From Silvanigrellaceae bacterium (GTDB lineage Bacteria; Bdellovibrionota_B; Oligoflexia; Silvanigrellales; Silvanigrellaceae), in assembly GCA_049423385.1 (NCBI GenBank), contig JBMSQQ010000014.1, forward strand, positions 1 to 48,388: 48,388 nucleotides of DNA, read 5' to 3'. Shown piece after piece: positions 18,598 through 28,017 of this stretch. The notes under the pieces are model-generated. The model saw only the letters and a list, made by a program, of their open reading frames with translations. It was not told the DNA's origin and made no database searches. A program made the position numbers and the translations under genes. Within the stretch, counting starts at the first letter, position 1; every line of letters starts with the position of its first letter.

Positions 18598-18743
18598 CAA
18601 GGCTGATGGGAACGCCGCCGGTATAACCCAACCCCGCTCTCCCCTCAAGCCGGGGTCCACCTCCGGATTTGGAAATTTCCGCAAAAATCGCGTATGTCGT
18701 TCGGGTCCAGGTTCCAAAGCCACGTTTTTTGGAGGAGTTCCCG

Positions 18744-19559
18744 ATGACCACGACCCAAGACGTTCTCAATCCTCAGCAAGTCGCCGAGCAGATCCGCAAG
18801 ACCTACAACCCCTCGATACTGGCCGGAAAGGTCGCGCTTGTGACGGGCGGTTCGCGCGGCATCGGGCGTTCGATTGCCGTCGCTTTGGGTTCCTGCGGCG
18901 CGCGTGTGGTTGTGAACTATGCCGGCAACGCCAGTGCCGCCCAAGAGACTGTTGCAGCCATCGAAGCTGTCGGCGGACAAGCCCGGGCCGTGCAATTCGA
19001 CGTTTCCAACAGCACTCAGGCAGCCGAAGCCATCAAGGCGCTCGAAAAGGAATTCGGCGGATTCGACATCCTGGTCAACAACGCTGGAGTTTCCAAAGAC
19101 AACCTCTTCATCAAAATGAAGGATGAAGAATGGGATGCGAACATCAACACCAACCTCAAAGGTTCATTTGTGTGTGCCCGCGCAGTGACCATGGGCATGA
19201 TGCGCAAGCGTGCAGGCAAGATCATCAACATCTCTTCGGTGATTGGCCTCACAGGCAACGTGGGTCAAGCAGCATATGCTGCGAGCAAGGCAGGCTTGCT
19301 GGGCCTCACCAAAAGTCTTGCCAAGGAACTCGCTTCGCGCAACATCCAGGTCAACACCATTTGCCCTGGCTACATTACAACCGACATGACCAGCGCCCAC
19401 GGCGACAAGTTGATTGAAAATGTGCTCAAGCAGATTCCCATGGAACGATTGGGTGACCCCATAGAGATTGCCCGCATGGCGGTGTTCTTTGCGAGCGACG
19501 CTTCCAACTACATCACCGGCCAGACCGTCGCTGTCGACGGTGGCATGACGATGATGTGA
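18744..19559 (+). CDS. fabG: 3-oxoacyl-ACP reductase
   Basis: [21 protein letters not shown] and VDGG motifs. Start ATG 18744 after GGAGGAG. Confidence 0.93.
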   Translation: MTTTQDVLNPQQVAEQIRKTYNPSILAGKVALVTGGSRGIGRSIAVALGSCGARVVVNYAGNASAAQETVAAIEAVGGQARAVQFDVSNSTQAAEAIKALEKEFGGFDILVNNAGVSKDNLFIKMKDEEWDANINTNLKGSFVCARAVTMGMMRKRAGKIINISSVIGLTGNVGQAAYAASKAGLLGLTKSLAKELASRNIQVNTICPGYITTDMTSAHGDKLIENVLKQIPMERLGDPIEIARMAVFFASDASNYITGQTVAVDGGMTMM

Positions 19560-19565
19560 GTTGAT

Positions 19566-20411
19566 TCAAACCAACTCATTTTTTCTTCTGAAAAACAGAA
19601 CAACAAATCCCAACAGCAGAAGCACGATGGGAGGCAAAATTCTCTTTCCAGGAGGAACTTTGCTGCTTGCTGAAATCGTCTTGCTGTTTTGAGCAAGACG
19701 CCCGCCCGACTGCAAACCGCCCAAATGCGCAATGCTCCCGCAAGGCGCAAAAGTCCTGGTTTTCTCGCCGGCCACGGGCGGATACAAACTCAAGACGCCC
19801 GCCATATCATCCAGCCCCAGTGCAATGTCATCCCGTGGCTGCCAATAGCCCATAATCGCGCCCGGGTCGGAATGGTTGTGTCCCAGTCCCAAACAATGCC
19901 CCAGCTCATGCACCATCACAAAAACAAATGACGGAATCGAACTGATGTCCGTGCCCACCTGGATATCGCAATCACGCAGCCTGGACGTGTTCTTCTCGTC
20001 CACAACAGGAAAAGCGAGTCCGCTGGCAACTGTGGTTATCTTGGCAATTCCGATGGAAAACAGGTTGTCTTCCGAATCGATGATTCCCTTCCGTTCCTTG
20101 GCAACCTTCAGCTGAATCGACAGACCTGGAATATCGTTCCAATACGACATCGAACGTTGCACAAGGCTTTCAAAAACGGCGTCATCGGTGTCGTTTGCGT
20201 AGATGCCTTCCTCAAAAGAATCCTTGTCTGCAAAGACGGGTGCATCGGAGGTCAAGTAAAAATATTGTGTTCGTTCTTCAGCCGGATCCAAACGTGGTTT
20301 TTGGGGTGCCAAATAAACATAAGCAGACGCCGGAACCGGCGTCGCAAGCATCAAAAAAACAGCGGCCGTGAATGCCAAAAAGAATTTCACTGCACCCAAC
20401 CCGAATAACAT
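19566..20411 (-). CDS. Matrixin (M10-like metzincin) metalloprotease with C-terminal membrane anchor/sorting signal
   Basis: HELGHCLGLGH zinc motif and AIMG Met-turn. Signal peptide. C-terminal PCG, hydrophobic helix and RRK. Confidence 0.85.
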   Translation of the reverse strand: MLFGLGAVKFFLAFTAAVFLMLATPVPASAYVYLAPQKPRLDPAEERTQYFYLTSDAPVFADKDSFEEGIYANDTDDAVFESLVQRSMSYWNDIPGLSIQLKVAKERKGIIDSEDNLFSIGIAKITTVASGLAFPVVDEKNTSRLRDCDIQVGTDISSIPSFVFVMVHELGHCLGLGHNHSDPGAIMGYWQPRDDIALGLDDMAGVLSLYPPVAGEKTRTFAPCGSIAHLGGLQSGGRLAQNSKTISASSKVPPGKRILPPIVLLLLGFVVLFFRRKNELV

Positions 20412-20426
20412 TCAATGAGCTCAATA

Positions 20427-21629
20427 TTAGAACTGCCAACTTGCGGTCGAGCGTATCAGATTTTTGAGCCCACGCCGCGCCAAAACCCGCCCGGTTGACG
20501 TTTTCGCCCAATGACCCTCCACTCCGATGCGCGAACTTTCAAAGATTTTTATGTCAATCTTGGCAAATCCCCAGGATTCCGCCCCATCGGGTGCAGACAA
20601 ATATCCCGCGGAGGGTTCGAGCCTGCCATCCCAGAAAGGTCTTTGCAGTCGGACTCCAATAAGGGTTGATTCCCCGCGAAAGCGTTCGCTCGATTTCTCG
20701 CTCCACCACTCGCTCCAGAGCTCAAATGTCACCAAGGTATTCTTGGACACGGTTGCATCCATCGTTCCGTGAAAGACTGCCTGGCTGGCAAGCCCGCGTT
20801 CGGTGGCACCCTGGTCGGGAACAGCACGATTGGCGTGATGAGCAAACTCACCACGAAACACAAAATCACCAATCGATTGCGTCGCCGTCAGACCCAATGT
20901 GAACACCCGCGGCTCGTGGAGCTGAAGCTCAAAATCAGTGAGGGATTTTGGAACCAGAACAAATTGCGGAACGCGCTCCAGATGGGAGAGGATATATCCG
21001 TTCAAATCCCAACCGCTCTTCAGCAGACCACCTGCCTTGCCACCCACCTCGACATCCGAGAGCCAGACTCGCTCTCCCGGGGCCCTGATTGGGATTCCGT
21101 TGTAATCTTTTGCAACAGGAGTGCGCTCTGATTTGAAAGTCACAACCGTCTGAAAGATGGTGTTGTTGCCAAGGTACTGAAAATTTGCAGAGGGCACTGG
21201 AATTTTGATTGAATCGTCATCGGCGTAAAGAGGCTCACTCAAATCGCGCGGATTGAGAAAATCGACACCATCAAAAAAGGCGGAGTCGCCCCATGTGTAT
21301 TTTTGCCAACCCAATGCCGCGCTGGCACGATTTCCTTGCCACTGCAGATATGCCGCTTCGGTTTTGAATTCATAACGGCTCTGCGTCGAAACGAAATCGG
21401 CCTGGGTATCACTTCTGAAACGTGCCTGCGCATCGAACGAAAACTCATCACTCTTCCAAAGAGAATCTTTCCATTTGAACCCGAGCCCTGGTCGCAAATT
21501 CCACAACACGCGATCGGAAACAGAGCCTACAGTCTCGACCTCAGGCGTCAGCGACCACGATTTCAGGTCTGCCCGTGAAACGGAGGAAAAGCTCGTGCAC
21601 AACAGAATGGCTGCCTGATATCGACGCAA
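20427..21629 (-). CDS. Outer-membrane beta-barrel protein (DUF1302-like)
   Basis: Signal peptide, EAAYLQW..LGWQKYTWG..DFLNPRDL motif, alternating strands and C-terminal WQF. Next to a LolA-like gene. Confidence 0.7.
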   Translation of the reverse strand: MRRYQAAILLCTSFSSVSRADLKSWSLTPEVETVGSVSDRVLWNLRPGLGFKWKDSLWKSDEFSFDAQARFRSDTQADFVSTQSRYEFKTEAAYLQWQGNRASAALGWQKYTWGDSAFFDGVDFLNPRDLSEPLYADDDSIKIPVPSANFQYLGNNTIFQTVVTFKSERTPVAKDYNGIPIRAPGERVWLSDVEVGGKAGGLLKSGWDLNGYILSHLERVPQFVLVPKSLTDFELQLHEPRVFTLGLTATQSIGDFVFRGEFAHHANRAVPDQGATERGLASQAVFHGTMDATVSKNTLVTFELWSEWWSEKSSERFRGESTLIGVRLQRPFWDGRLEPSAGYLSAPDGAESWGFAKIDIKIFESSRIGVEGHWAKTSTGRVLARRGLKNLIRSTASWQF

Positions 21630-21641
21630 GAAATCACCCTG

Positions 21642-22394
21642 TCAGTTGAGCGAATTTTGATTGAATATTGCATCGGATGACTCTTTGGGTTCAAGCTTGA
21701 GAATGCGTATGACCGATGAATCTTCCTGCTTGTTCGCATCCTGGATGAGAATCTCGGTGGGTCGCACTGCACCGGCAATTTTTTTGTACTGACCAAACTG
21801 GCTCCTCTTGAGGACCATTCCTCCCAGGCTCAGATGCTCGGCCCTCAAGGGGCGAAACGAGTTCTTTTCAACCCAAACCCGAAGTTTGTCGTAAGTGAGT
21901 CCCTTCTTTTTTGCGGTCAGCAACAACTTCCATGACTTGCCGTCTTCAGACTCTTTTTTGGCCGAATAATCTCCCCACCACCGCATCCGGCTTACGTCTC
22001 CATTGGCGGCCTGGCCCGTGAGTTTTTGATTCAAGGCAACTCGAACCGAACGCTTGAGATTTGGAACATAGGCCCACATGTCTTCACCAACCATGACCAT
22101 GTTTCGACCCTTGTCGCGCGCAGGAGCAAGGGTATTGACCCTCGTCTTGTTGCGGCCCTTTGTGAAGACTTCGAGCTTTACCGGATCGCCCTGATCCGAG
22201 GAAACAACTTCCACTTCCATGAAATACGATTCCGCAGGACACCGCACATCATCTGCACGCCGAATAATGTCGTCGTCGGAAACACCAACCGCAAAGGAGG
22301 GAGTTGAAACACTGGAAACGGAAGCGCAGAGAACGCCTGATATGATTCTCCTCACCGTCAAGAACATCGCCGCTCTCCTCCGCCTCTGCGTCAT
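21642..22394 (-). CDS. Outer-membrane lipoprotein-sorting protein (LolA-like)
   Basis: APARDKGR..MWAYVPNLKRSVRV, YDKLRVWV and C-terminal SDAIFN, typical of LolA_like proteins. Signal peptide. Confidence 0.82.
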   Translation of the reverse strand: MTQRRRRAAMFLTVRRIISGVLCASVSSVSTPSFAVGVSDDDIIRRADDVRCPAESYFMEVEVVSSDQGDPVKLEVFTKGRNKTRVNTLAPARDKGRNMVMVGEDMWAYVPNLKRSVRVALNQKLTGQAANGDVSRMRWWGDYSAKKESEDGKSWKLLLTAKKKGLTYDKLRVWVEKNSFRPLRAEHLSLGGMVLKRSQFGQYKKIAGAVRPTEILIQDANKQEDSSVIRILKLEPKESSDAIFNQNSLN

Positions 22395-23479
22395 CTCTTT
22401 TGATAGACCTCAACATGGTACATCTGTGTTTTTTCGGCATCAATCAATGACCCGAATTTTTCCGTGACCCGCTCGAATCCAGCCATTTCCGTCTCATGGA
22501 TGACCCGCAAATAATATCGAACCACCACAAGTGCTTCGCGACTCAGGCCACTGCCCAGGCGCTTGAGGAACTCTCGGGCCAGAGTCTCGTCGAAATAGGA
22601 GGGCACATCGGAAATGGACACAAAATCAACAGGATCATCGGACAATCCGCTCACATGCTCGACAACGTTTGCTGCTTGATAAACAATCTCGCACTGGCGA
22701 ATTCCGGATTGAATCTTTTCATAGACACCTGCCTGGCATTCCACCGGATTGCCTTCATGAAACTGAATTGCCCCAAGAAGAGTCAGCTGAAGAAAAAAAT
22801 TCTCCCGTGGAAGTCCGATGGAAAAAATCCTGTCATAGGCTTCCTTGTAGAATTGCCGATGACTTCCAGGTGTGTTCTTTTTGGGGAAGTGTCCCTTGTA
22901 GAGAAGTGCATTGAAAAAAGATGAATTGCCAATCAAAAAAACCAGCAGATTCCAGCGCAGCGTCGGAAAGTCCTTGAGCATGAAATCATCGTGCTCGGCC
23001 TTCGTGGTTGAATTGAAAATGTCATGCGCTGCACTTCCAAGAACCAACCTGCAGGCTTGTGAAATCTTCGAAAATGTCTTCTCCCAACGGCCAATATAGA
23101 GAATTTTATTCCAATCCTGCGACTCAAACAGGCGGCTGAAAAAATCCATGCACTCAGCACTCACGTTCAGCCCTGAGAGAATCTGCTTGCGTTCCCCCGC
23201 TTGCATTTCAACTGGAGGATATCCCCAAAACCCTATAAATTGTTCACGCGGCAGATTGCGCGCACTTTCAATTCTCAATTCGGCGAGGAGCAACTGCTCC
23301 TTCGACAAATCAACACAGGTGAGCCGACGAGGATTTTTTGCGAAGAGCGGCAAAACACGTGCACCGCTACCGGCAACACAAAGCACATGCCTGCGTCCGT
23401 CCGGAAGAATTCCAAGTTCAAGTGAAGAATCCTCATTCGCCAATGAATAATTGAGCGTGTTGAAATAGGAATTGCTCAT
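22391..23479 (-). CDS. DUF3419 / BtaA-like SAM-dependent 3-amino-3-carboxypropyltransferase family protein
   Basis: LNYSLANED, CVAGSG, VDLSKEQL, GRWEK and SISDVPSY motifs. Confidence 0.75.
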   Translation of the reverse strand: MSNSYFNTLNYSLANEDSSLELGILPDGRRHVLCVAGSGARVLPLFAKNPRRLTCVDLSKEQLLLAELRIESARNLPREQFIGFWGYPPVEMQAGERKQILSGLNVSAECMDFFSRLFESQDWNKILYIGRWEKTFSKISQACRLVLGSAAHDIFNSTTKAEHDDFMLKDFPTLRWNLLVFLIGNSSFFNALLYKGHFPKKNTPGSHRQFYKEAYDRIFSIGLPRENFFLQLTLLGAIQFHEGNPVECQAGVYEKIQSGIRQCEIVYQAANVVEHVSGLSDDPVDFVSISDVPSYFDETLAREFLKRLGSGLSREALVVVRYYLRVIHETEMAGFERVTEKFGSLIDAEKTQMYHVEVYQKR

Positions 23480-25590
23480 ACCAATCTCAGCTTTCTACTC
23501 GATTTTGTGATTGGTGTTTTCCACTCCTTCAGCCTTTCGCGAGCCAACTCGCGGCAGCGTTCCAGCATTTCGTCGGTCAGGAATCCCTCATGTGTGCGAA
23601 TGCTCGACAAGCGCGCACCGTGTTTCAATCCAATTTGATATATTTCCTTGACCCGCTCCAACTGCAGCTGTCGAGACAGGGAGAAACTTTCATACCTGCC
23701 ATCCATGGTCAGCAGAACCGTCTCTGCAAGACATGCGTAAACCGTTGGCTTCTTCAATCCAATGTCGACATCCATCCTCACCGGGCCTGGAAGATCGATT
23801 TCACCACTTTCTATCACCAGCACGTCAGGCCTGCGTTTGGCTTCTTCGGGCCTGATGTCCAGAGGTCGTGAACAGTCGCAGATCACCGCTCCCGGCTTGA
23901 CCTTCATGATGTCGAGAACCTGCCCGCGCTGACTTGAGGTGGCAGTCACAATCAGGTCGGTGTCGGGCAAATCCTCATTGGGATCTGTTCTCACGATGAT
24001 TTCCGCTTGAGGAGCAAGTTCACTCAACTCATCCCTCAGCTCCAGCAGCTTGTCGGGGCGCGGCGCAACAATCACAACCGTGCTCGCAACCATGGCCAAA
24101 AGCTGCGCTGAAACGCGGCCGATGCTTCCCGTGGCGCCGACAACCATCACCTTCATGGGAACAATTCCATTCTTTCCAGGCTTCGCTATGAATCCCATTT
24201 TTTCGACCATTTCACGCGCTGCCCAAAGGGTTGCAGAAGCCGAATAGGAGTTGCCGGTTGTTACGGGAATCGGCGAACGCCGGGCGACAGTCACACCGGA
24301 ATCGCCAATGACTTTTGTGTAAGCACCAAGGCCTATCATCAGAGCACCACGTTTATGTGCATCTTCGGCAGCAGCCACAAGCTGGTTGTAAATGAAATTT
24401 TCATCCATGTTCAAAAGTGCTCGCGGAGTTGCACAAAGAGCATAGATGTCACAGATCACTTCCTGCCCGGTGCTCTCACTGCGGGCGCGGGTCAGTTGTC
24501 CGTATCGAAACACAGGGACGCGAGCCAGCATTTGCTCAGCACTTTTGACAACAGCTCGAGGCGAGTGCGACAACCACGACATTCCGGGTGTCAGAGCCAG
24601 GTGCTTCACGCTCAAGGGGTGAATGATGAAAGCACAGCGTCTCGGAACCCCCGAGGAAACAGTCTTTCGCCTGGGCTCGAGTCGCATGCCTTCGATCATT
24701 TCAAGCGCGTATTCAGAAAGGCTTGCGGCACTCTGCCGATTGACACGAATCTGATCAATCACGGCCATCAACAAGCCAAACGACCACAGCTGACTTGTGA
24801 TTTTCATCGAAGTGACGTTTGGAGCAAATTCGATAATCTGGGCTGGATTGAATCTCTCAATTTTTTCGCGCTGGCTCGGAGTCAGATAATCCGTGAAAAT
24901 CACCTTGCCCTCGAAAATCTCGGGAGAATCGACATTGGCCAGCAATGCCGAATATGTCACCAGGACGTCGCACTGCAGTATCCATTTCCGCAGCCAGGCA
25001 CGTGAGTTGTTTTTCATCCAACGTGAGAACACGTGCCGACCAGCAACAAAACGGGACGCCAGCATTGGCGAAATGGCGCGCATGAAGCCCTTGATTTGCC
25101 CCGGACCAGACAAGAGGCGCGGAATGCCCAGGAGGAACAGGGGATCTCCGGATTGGAGGATGGCGCCGAATTCAGTGAAGGTTTCAGCAAAGGGCGTATA
25201 AAGTGCAGTATGGAACAAAACCTTTTTGCCCTTGAAAAAATGCGGCTCGTCGCGGAGAAATTTGCGCAGGGCCCAATTCGCAAACAAGGTGCTGATCTCT
25301 ATTCCGGTGTACACCGGCGTTTTGTCTGCGGAACGGATCAGATCTCGTGTTGGATGATGCAGAACTTCCCTGCTTCCGAAAGAAGCTTTGTCGCGCACTC
25401 CGCTGAGAACGAAGGCATCAACCTCTCCGTCGAATTCGTGAATCAGGAAGTGTGCGGTTGAAAAATCCCAGCCAATTCTTTTTTCGGTCACTTCAAAACG
25501 AATCTCGTCGAGATCGAATTCTCCGCGTATGTCACTGCCGACATCGAGGAAATTGATGACGAGAATCCTGCGAATCTTGCGCATGCTCAT
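23476..25590 (-). CDS. Two-domain protein: N-terminal domain of unknown function plus acyl-ACP-reductase-like (COG5322) Rossmann domain
   Basis: AFIIHPL, GLGAYTK, TTGNSYS, GATGSIG, DCSRP and YACLAE (the Cys matches the catalytic Cys of fatty-aldehyde-generating acyl-ACP reductases). Confidence 0.72.
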   Translation of the reverse strand: MSMRKIRRILVINFLDVGSDIRGEFDLDEIRFEVTEKRIGWDFSTAHFLIHEFDGEVDAFVLSGVRDKASFGSREVLHHPTRDLIRSADKTPVYTGIEISTLFANWALRKFLRDEPHFFKGKKVLFHTALYTPFAETFTEFGAILQSGDPLFLLGIPRLLSGPGQIKGFMRAISPMLASRFVAGRHVFSRWMKNNSRAWLRKWILQCDVLVTYSALLANVDSPEIFEGKVIFTDYLTPSQREKIERFNPAQIIEFAPNVTSMKITSQLWSFGLLMAVIDQIRVNRQSAASLSEYALEMIEGMRLEPRRKTVSSGVPRRCAFIIHPLSVKHLALTPGMSWLSHSPRAVVKSAEQMLARVPVFRYGQLTRARSESTGQEVICDIYALCATPRALLNMDENFIYNQLVAAAEDAHKRGALMIGLGAYTKVIGDSGVTVARRSPIPVTTGNSYSASATLWAAREMVEKMGFIAKPGKNGIVPMKVMVVGATGSIGRVSAQLLAMVASTVVIVAPRPDKLLELRDELSELAPQAEIIVRTDPNEDLPDTDLIVTATSSQRGQVLDIMKVKPGAVICDCSRPLDIRPEEAKRRPDVLVIESGEIDLPGPVRMDVDIGLKKPTVYACLAETVLLTMDGRYESFSLSRQLQLERVKEIYQIGLKHGARLSSIRTHEGFLTDEMLERCRELARERLKEWKTPITKSSRKLRLV

Positions 25591-26537
25591 GCCACAAAAT
25601 CTCCTGCAGTGAGAATATGGAGTGCCTGATGATGCACCTTGAACCTCAACTCGCTTTCCAGCTCGAATGATTCACCATCCGCGAAAAGCAGGTTGCCCAT
25701 TCCATCCAGAGCCCTAATCACCATCTCACTCGATTTGACACGCTCCGACAGCATGGGTTCGCCCTTCATGCGCATTTTGGCCAGCGATGCGAGCAACTCA
25801 TAGGGGGTCTTGCCCTTCAACAGCAACACGTCGAAACGACCATCCATCGACCTTGCCTGGGGAGCCACAAGGAGATCTCCACCCAGTCTTGGCTGATTGC
25901 AAATGAACACATTGCTATAGAGACCAGAACGCTGTCCTTCATCTGTTTCGATTTCATATTTGCGCAGATAGGCCCTTCGTCCAACGATGGTTGCGGCGGC
26001 GAGTCCGGTGTAAATATTTGTTCCTGCGACGTGCGAGGCTTTCTTGAACATCGGTGAAATCCTGCGCATCGCGTTGAAGTCGCGGGTCAGGTATGAACCG
26101 ACACCCAACCCGCCAACCGTGGCAAAGTAAACATCGTTGCACTGAATGACGTCTGCACGACGCAGGACACGGCGGTTCAGACAGTGATAAATCGACAGCA
26201 AATCCGGTGTGAAACCCCAATGTGTTGCGAAATCGTTTGCAGTTCCAAGCGGCAAAACCACGAAGGGCCTCTGCGTTTCCACCAAGGTTGGCAAAGCACA
26301 TTGCAGCGTTCCATCACCTCCGGCGATGACCAAATCTTCACCTGTCGGCAGCGATCGAATCAGTTTTTGCAATTGAAAAACTGTCGCCGGCTCGTGAACC
26401 TTGGGCTCCAATTGCGGCAGGCCAATTTTGAGAGCTGCAAAGACGCGTTCACGATGAACACTCCCAGCAGAGCCGTTCACCACGAGATGGAATTCTCGTG
26501 GGCCCGATGTCTTGCCACCTTCCGATACCCCGGACAT
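25587..26537 (-). CDS. Diacylglycerol/lipid kinase family protein (YegS/DgkB-like)
   Basis: VNGSAG, GGDGT, PLGTANDFA, DGRFDV and ADGE motifs. Start ATG 26537 after GGAAGGA; the ORF is open from 26555. Confidence 0.88.
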   Translation of the reverse strand: MSGVSEGGKTSGPREFHLVVNGSAGSVHRERVFAALKIGLPQLEPKVHEPATVFQLQKLIRSLPTGEDLVIAGGDGTLQCALPTLVETQRPFVVLPLGTANDFATHWGFTPDLLSIYHCLNRRVLRRADVIQCNDVYFATVGGLGVGSYLTRDFNAMRRISPMFKKASHVAGTNIYTGLAAATIVGRRAYLRKYEIETDEGQRSGLYSNVFICNQPRLGGDLLVAPQARSMDGRFDVLLLKGKTPYELLASLAKMRMKGEPMLSERVKSSEMVIRALDGMGNLLFADGESFELESELRFKVHHQALHILTAGDFVA

Positions 26538-26650
26538 GAAACATCCTTCCGGCATTCGAGTAACGGAGGATTTTCGGAAAGAGGCTCTGAATTCTTTAAG
26601 GAAATTTATGGAATCAGACGGAAATTCCCAAGACCTTTATCAATTTTGAA

Positions 26651-28015
26651 TCAAGGCTCATTGGCCAGAAGCAAAGTTCCTGAAAACATTGTGTCGGAGT
26701 CCATTTGAGGGCTTCCGTGCAATGTCATCTTCAGCCCATCCACCCGCAATTTCGTGTTTGCTTCCGCCACACCCAGAAAAACGTCCTCGTTTTCCTCAAC
26801 ACACCAGCTGCAGGTGCCATAGACAAGCCGTCCTCCCGGACGAACGAGCGCGAGTGCATTGATTAAAAGTTGTTTCTGCAACTCCCAGAGACTCTTTCGA
26901 TCCGCTTCGCTTGCAATCCTCAGTCGTGCATCAGGATTTCTTCGCCAGGTACCCGAAGATGTACAGGGCGCATCCACCAATACCGCATCAAAACCCGATT
27001 GAATTGCTATCTCCTTGCCGAAGGCAGGAGCTTGTTTCCCGTCCCAAGCCAAGGTCCGAACGTTATGAAAGCCTGCACGCAGGCAGCGCCGGCGAACTTC
27101 GACGAGTTTATGCTCGCGAATATCGGATGCGTAGAGTGCACCCTTCCCTTTCAGGTCCGCAGCGATTGCAACCGATTTGCCACCACCTCCGGCACACGCG
27201 TCCCAAACTTTCTGACCCGGGCGCGCATCCACGGCGATTGAAATCTGCTGACTCGCCCAATCTTGAACCTCAAACAAGCCATCACGAAACGAACTCGCCT
27301 GGTAGACACCGAACGTTCCCGAGACCTTTGCACTGCGCCCATCGTCCTGCCAGTGAACCAACAGGTCATGAGATTTCAGGTCCTGATCCACTTTTTCCCT
27401 GGCAGCCACATTGTTCAACCGTATCCAGAGTGGTGGCCGCTCGTTTTGAAGGCGTAAAAAATCCAACAATTGCGCACAAGACCAATGGCTTTTCTCGACT
27501 CGCCTTTTCAGCGATGCAGACCAGACGGGAGGAATGCCATGTGCAATCAGCAAAAGTTGGTAATCAGTATCGTCCAGGTTTTCTTTCGCGAGATATTTTT
27601 TGAAAACAACATCATTCGACACGGAATGGGATGTGAATTGTTCCAAAAAGCTGTTCGAAGCTTGCATCAGGTGCACGGGCGAGAGATTGCGAACCATTGC
27701 CCATAGTTTTGTTTCAGTTGCCGCCTCGGAAGCAAACCTGTCCAGCAAATTTCTCTGATCGGATTCGGGCTTCTGAAGGAAAAGCTCGAAATCACTTGCG
27801 GCGAACGACTGAAAGGCAACCTTGGTCGCAAGTCTCGCCGAACAGAATAAAATGTTGCTGTAAAACCGTCTGTCCTGGCTCCCAAAACGCTTTTCGGCCC
27901 GCATGGCCTCGGCGAGCCACTTGTCCAGCTGCCGAGGCGCAACAGAATCGGTGTACTTCTCCCACAAACCCGCAGCTGTTTTGAGGCGATTCGCAAGGCG
28001 CGCATCAACGGTCAT
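26651..28015 (-). CDS. RsmB/NOP2-family RNA m5C methyltransferase
   Basis: FEVQD, DACAGGGGKS, DAPCTSSGTWRRNPD and YGTCS..EENE motifs. Confidence 0.92.
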   Translation of the reverse strand: MTVDARLANRLKTAAGLWEKYTDSVAPRQLDKWLAEAMRAEKRFGSQDRRFYSNILFCSARLATKVAFQSFAASDFELFLQKPESDQRNLLDRFASEAATETKLWAMVRNLSPVHLMQASNSFLEQFTSHSVSNDVVFKKYLAKENLDDTDYQLLLIAHGIPPVWSASLKRRVEKSHWSCAQLLDFLRLQNERPPLWIRLNNVAAREKVDQDLKSHDLLVHWQDDGRSAKVSGTFGVYQASSFRDGLFEVQDWASQQISIAVDARPGQKVWDACAGGGGKSVAIAADLKGKGALYASDIREHKLVEVRRRCLRAGFHNVRTLAWDGKQAPAFGKEIAIQSGFDAVLVDAPCTSSGTWRRNPDARLRIASEADRKSLWELQKQLLINALALVRPGGRLVYGTCSWCVEENEDVFLGVAEANTKLRVDGLKMTLHGSPQMDSDTMFSGTLLLANEP

Positions 28016-28017
28016 GC

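Noticed and set aside
18262..18723. Cys-rich minus-strand ORF (GGCTC, CSLCH) upstream of DUF692, considered as an MNIO precursor
   Set aside because: It runs through the whole tRNA-Leu and into the DUF692 coding start in another frame, and its intergenic part has no RBS. Most likely a chance ORF; Ribo-seq would settle it.
18230..19126. 298-aa plus-strand ORF
   Set aside because: Overlaps the tRNA and is out of frame with fabG; Arg/Ser-rich composition typical of non-coding frames.
22391..23479. Calling the locus a canonical btaAB betaine-lipid (DGTS) operon
   Set aside because: No BtaB methyltransferase is adjacent, and only family-level similarity is supported.
24469..24478. GGTGCTCTCA, a 10-nt match to the tRNA-Leu 3' end, considered as an att site
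   Set aside because: Too short, inside a coding gene, on the wrong side of the tRNA, and there is no integrase in the window.
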